The position numbers and the translations under genes were made by a program. The notes below the pieces were generated by a model. The model was not told the origin of the DNA and did not search any database. It worked only from the letters and a program-made list of their open reading frames with translations. A DNA stretch of 55,409 bases, filler included, from Sphacelaria rigidula (Eukaryota), in NCBI GenBank assembly GCA_964200075.2. It is 6 parts of 6 records of this genome, joined end to end, with 100 filler letters (N's around TTAATTAATTAA, not from the genome) between each part and the next. Parts side by side here need not be neighbours in the genome. Positions count along the whole stretch, not along the records: positions 46,260 to 55,409 come from CAXNAA020009172.1; 5 more parts are not named here. One strand, given 5' to 3'. Positions 50,438 through 55,409 of the stretch are shown one piece after another. Numbering within the stretch: the stretch's first letter is position 1; each line of letters opens with the position of its first letter.

Positions 50438-51149
50438 CTGGCGAGATTGAGTGCAGAAATCAAGTATTACAGACACAGCTGCGAAATTGTACCAGAGAAT
50501 CCAAACGTGTAACGGCCCAGAAAAGTTCATGTCCCCGGAAAAAACATTTTTTTTTTTTCGAAAAAAAATCGGGTATCCATATAAGTGGTCGAGGGGATGC
50601 GTTCTCAGCACCCCACGGTCACTCACATCTGAACGATTGAATAATTATCCTATTTAGTAACAGGATAAATATCTCTCCGCCCCATACTTGAATCAGCATC
50701 ACGCTGGAGCTCAAATCCATGCTAAATCCAGGTGAAAAAAAGAGGGATTTTGCAACGCTCCATTCCAATACGCGCTGACTACAGGAAAGCGCCTTCACTC
50801 TTCTCCATCACCCCGCACAAGCAGGGCAACATATGACTCACCAGTAGAACGATCAAGTTATACTCATATCCGATCATTCTTGAAAACCCCGCATCCCGGA
50901 GTCTACCGATACTAGTTACTGCACCCATGTACGTACGGCAAACCAGTGCATTTAAGCGTCACGAACCACCGCCACCTGACCAGGCCAGGACACCGATCGG
51001 GCAATTGGAGCTCCGCTCTACGCGCGCTGGTACCAAAAAATTATATCCCCATTCATGTGACGACAGAGCGTAGTGCGCTGCTGGCGAACGCTCTGTCATC
51101 TTACTGTCGGGGTGGTTGCTCCCGCGTTGGGTCCAAGAGTGGAGTATCA

Positions 51150-52119
51150 AAATGACGACTATGAAAGAAGAAAAAAACGGCTTGCTATGTTTTTCCAAGT
51201 CGCGCCCGCATCGCAGAGCAGTCCATACGGTGAGAGGCGAACTACAGCACAACAAGGGGTGATTGCTGCATACAAAGCAAACTTGACCGGCTTGCTCGCG
51301 CCCCTCGCGGGGTCGGATAATCCGGTAGTAGTACGGCAAGAGCACCGAAAGAGAAAAGTTCGATCATTTTCGGGAGACGGGACAGACAAGAGTGTAGCTG
51401 TCTGTCGTTCTGTTCGCCTTCTTCTGTTCCTTCTTTTTCTTCGGGCGGTGTTCAGTATTGTTTTGTCTAGGAGACGTCCATCACGTGACCACGGCTGGAT
51501 CCCTGGGGGGTCAGTGGAAGTGCGACAATCAAAATCAAAATCAGCTAGAGTAACTTCAGTATAACAGCGGAGTGGAGCTGGTCAAAATTTCGGAATCGGC
51601 GTGCAACGCACGATTTGGCCGTCAATCCTTGACTGCAACGAGCGGTAAATGGTCCCAGAGTCACCTCATCCGTCCACTCAGCAAAAATCACACGGTCGCT
51701 GCAGTGGCCTATGTTCGCCTCTCGAGGCCTCTTCATGTGCTTGTCTCAAGTCAACTACCCCGTCCCTCGTGATCCATCGACCTTCCACTATTTTTCGTGA
51801 CAACTTTGATTCGTTGCTCATGCCCGCATTCGTGTATTGCATCTCACCTCGTGAAAGACGACGACAAAACGCAAACGAGTCGCCTCCTCACCTCGTGACT
51901 TTTTTCAAAATTTAGAACTGTTACCTTTTTTCTTGTTACGACGTAGTCTTGTATGTCGTTTTGTTCGACCCCTTTTTTCTTTTTTCCATGTTTCTTCTTT
52001 TTCTCAGAGCGTATTTCAGTTTCGTTTTTCTTGGGTACGTCTATCACGAGACCACGGCTGGACCCCTGGGGGGTCAGTTAAAGTGCGACAATCAGTCAGT
52101 CAACCAACCAATCAATCAG
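51150..52119 (+). repeat. Two 5'-truncated LINE 3' ends (terminating at 51543 and 52119)
   Basis: GACCACGGCTGGA(T/C)CCCTGGGGGGTCAG...AGTGCGACAATCA plus AATC-type tails. Confidence 0.65.
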
Positions 52120-52138
52120 GACAGTGCTTGAAATTGAG

Positions 52139-52401
52139 CACACGTCGGACAGATCATGATCCATCTGAAATAACTGATTAAATAAGACTCTCTCTCGGAT
52201 GTCTTGACCCAAGAACACAAAATATGTGACCGCGGAGTCAGAAAAGCCCAAGTACAACCTTTGCGATACTCGGTGTGCTCGATGTCCGGCGCTGTTAGGA
52301 GCAAACACGGAAAAGGGGGACCAAACGATCCGGAGCATGATCCAGATCAGTACACTGAGAGCAAGTAATTTTCATACGGATCATGATCTGTTCGACGTGT
52401 G
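52139..52401. mobile_element. MITE with ~33-bp TIRs
   Basis: CACACGTCGGACAGATCATGATCC versus GGATCATGATCTGTTCGACGTGTG. Confidence 0.75.
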
Positions 52402-53504
52402 AAGCTGAGTAGAGAAGGCAGATCGTGCGACCAATGTAGCAAAATGAAGAACAGCAACTCTACCTTACGCGCGGTCGAACAAAAAAATCGAGAACGAGTC
52501 GTCTCCTCACTCACCCTGTGAGTTTTGAATTTAGTACAGGTACGTGCAATTGAGCAGAAAAAGGCAAATCGCGCGTTCAATGTAGTTGAAAAGAGAACAT
52601 CACCTCTCACTTGTGCGCAGACTCTCGGGTTCAAGTTCTCGCTAAGCGGTCTTCTTCTTCTTCACCACAACACCGTTTTTCCACGTCGGGACAGTCACCT
52701 TCCCCCCCCCCCCGGGTGTTATTAAAATAAAATAATACAAATATTATGCCCAACCCTGCAAGACTACTTGATCATTGTTTATCATTATTATCAGCATTGC
52801 TATTCTTATTACGTTCTCATCGCTAAATAACGATACCGAGATAGTAGCTCCTCCCCCCACACCAGCCTCCAAATTTGTAACCAAGAAAATGATCATGAAG
52901 CGCATGAAGCTGATGTCAGACTGGGTGAAGCGCCTCGAGTGGGCGACATTGGCGAAAACGATCCCAAGCGTGGAATTTCCCAGCTGCTTGGTGTTATAAC
53001 CGTGAGCTTTGCCACCGTTGGTAAGGGGCAGCTCAGTTCTAACCCTGGTACGTACGGGTTCTACAGTAAGAGATGTTCATCCCCATGTAGGCTTTGCCTT
53101 TATAAACCCGCGACTTTTCTGGGGGGGGGGGGTATCGGGGCACTACTTTATTACCATTATTATCATATCTTTTACTGTTACTGTCATCATTGTCAATTCC
53201 TAATATCATGGTCACTATTTTCACTTGATATTATTTTACAAGTATTATATGACTCTCATAGTTGACGATTATTTTTGTTTCGCCATGATCAATTACAGCT
53301 ATCAAACATCGCTGTGGCCATTATTACTGACATGATGCAGTCATTACGACTTTTTTCATGTTACTATGAGGTTGGCGCCAACACGTATTAAAGTCATTAG
53401 ACCATCTTTTGTGGCAGCCACCAATCTCGATTTTCACGCAGATCGGGGGAAGAAATCGGGGAATGCATTTTTAGACCCCGATCTGGACCAAATCGGTCGG
53501 CCAA

Positions 53505-54225
53505 ACTGAGCGAGAAAAAATTCGGGGTGTAACGATTCCAGAACGGTCTCCCCCGATGTTTGCGAAAAATGGGGGGAAAGCTGAGGTCCCCCGATCATGA
53601 GGAGGTGACGTACGTACATTGGCGTACTATGGTAGAATAAAAGACGCTTGATATTTTTGCAACTTCAGCAGAAGACAGTCCCTTGACAACGCACGGCGTG
53701 CCCGCCCGCGCCAGCTGCTGGAGCAGCTTCGCACGGGGTTCGACAGGCGGATAATGAGTGTTCACGTCGTACCCTGCGGCGGTGTTAATATTTTATGCTG
53801 CACTGTGCTGCCATGTGCATCACCAAAACGAACGGTACTGAACTATCCTAGTCTGTTGTCGCTGTGCTTGCAGGGTGATGTATGGCACTGCGCTACTGCA
53901 CTCTTCTCGCACACTGTTTGCTCAGTTTCTCGCAATATCGACGGCGTCATCATGTACGACCACACGGAATTATCATGTACTGCATTACTCTAGGGTACCA
54001 CGGTACGACTCTGTACTCGAAGGATTTTTCACCGCCTGCCCGCTCTTCAGCTTCACGATTACGCGATATCATACGCATGCAAAAAATGACTTGTCTGTGT
54101 ACAGATTTATTTCACAGATCTAGGAGACCATAAAACGGTCCCCCAGATTTTGAATTCGCGACTTTGAGTCCCCACGATTTTACAGAAATCAGGGTCTAGA
54201 GGAAAATCGAGATCCGTTGCCATAA
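53505..54225. repeat. Dispersed repeat family B, copy 2, followed by a short CCCTAA tract (54230-54250)
   Basis: Colinear with 12370-13135. Confidence 0.8.
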
Positions 54226-54759
54226 AAGACCCTAACCCTAACCCTGACCCCAAGTAATCAGTATGAATTATGATCATCATAATTATAATCATATCATTCG
54301 ACAACATCTCATTCAAGAACAGGATACCTACGTAAACCGAAGGAACACTTTTTTTTTCTTGTCGCTTATTTTTCGGAACAGCAGAGTATATTTACTCGAC
54401 CTGTGGTTGACGAAATTCCGAGGTTAAATACTTCGTTTCAGAGTACTACAGACGATCACATCGCGATTTTTCAAGGGCTTGCAAATGAATTCCGAAGACC
54501 TCCAGCGTGAGCGTAGGAGGCGTTTTTACTCAATCAGCGCCCATCCAAGTTTTGTCAACGCAGGCTTTGCTTGTTAAAGTACACACTGCATGCATCCTCC
54601 TCGCCTGAGGGTACCCGCCATACACCCTGAATGAACCAGGATCATGATCCAAATCACGGTGTCGTGGGTTAGGAGGGGGGTCACGGTACGTTTTATAGAA
54701 TTTGTTAAGAAAAAACAAGTGTGCGTGTCAGGCCGCTCCGTATAACAAACAAGCAAACA

Positions 54760-55170
54760 AGAAGTCCTGTAAAACTGCTTTTCCGGTCCTTCTTCGTCGT
54801 TTTACGCCCTAAAAGAGAGCTGGGCGGATTTAGAAACCGTAGAATGACTTGCTCTGCTCGTTGAGACGGTTCCCGGACACCTTCGCGTTGTCCGGTGGGC
54901 GCAGTTTTAATGTTCGGCAAAACTTGAACTTTTGTCCAAGAACGGTTGAGGACGGTCAAATCTAGAACAAAATTGTCATTTTCCACTCTCTGGACAAAAA
55001 TGCTTGGTTGGCCAAAAAAAAAAATGCGACCACCGGAAAAAGCGAAGAAGTCCTGAAACCGCCTCAACGCGTAGAGCAAGTCATTCCAAGGTGTCAAATT
55101 TCGCCTACAGTAGCTCTCCTTGAGGGCGTAAAACGAAGGAGGGCCAAAAAGGCACTTTCACAGGATTTCT
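54760..55170. mobile_element. Diverged foldback element of the same family as 11820-12287
   Basis: AGAAGTCCTGTAAAACTGC...TTTTACGCCCT is mirrored by AGGGCGTAAAA...GCACTTTCACAGGATTTCT. Confidence 0.75.
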
Positions 55171-55409
55171 AATTTTCGTTTGCTATTTTTTTTTGTTTTG
55201 TTTCTGAGCTGAACCCCAAACATGGTGGCCATACTACTCTCCTTGCGTCACCTGTCTTTTCCTGTTTTTTTCGTCCTTTATTATCTTCTCTCTTCGTTTC
55301 TTTCGGTGTACACTTCTGACAGATCTGGCGTTTGTTGTTTGTTTGTTTGTTTTTTCTTTCTTTTCTTTCCCCGTTGAACTCGGGGGAGCTACTTCTCACC
55401 GGTTTTCGT

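Overview
Eukaryotic, repeat-rich DNA, most likely from a brown alga (inferred from EsV-1-7 cysteine-rich repeats, TTAGGG tracts, and long transposon-filled GT-AG introns). The window is not one locus. It is six unrelated, length-sorted contigs (9153, 9152, 9152, 9151, 9151, 9150 bp) joined by artificial 100-nt N44-TTAATTAATTAA-N44 linkers. Host genes are fragmentary: two clear exons of an ESF1-like pre-rRNA processing gene (contig 6), a probably pseudogenised TPR-protein gene (contig 1) and a degenerate EsV-1-7-repeat ORF (contig 3). The rest is transposon debris: a near-complete chromodomain-bearing Gypsy element, solo LTRs, LINE remnants, tRNA-derived SINEs, hAT remnants, a PIF/Harbinger-type element with a TTA target-site duplication (TSD), foldback elements and tiny palindromic MITEs. 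The most intriguing signals are two related, decayed elements encoding a Pif1-like helicase followed by an unrecognised C-terminal domain (contigs 1 and 4), and a 13-unit array of 41-bp palindromic repeats next to a transposon end. There is no CRISPR array, rRNA or intact tRNA. All calls come from manual reading and translation; no database search was run.
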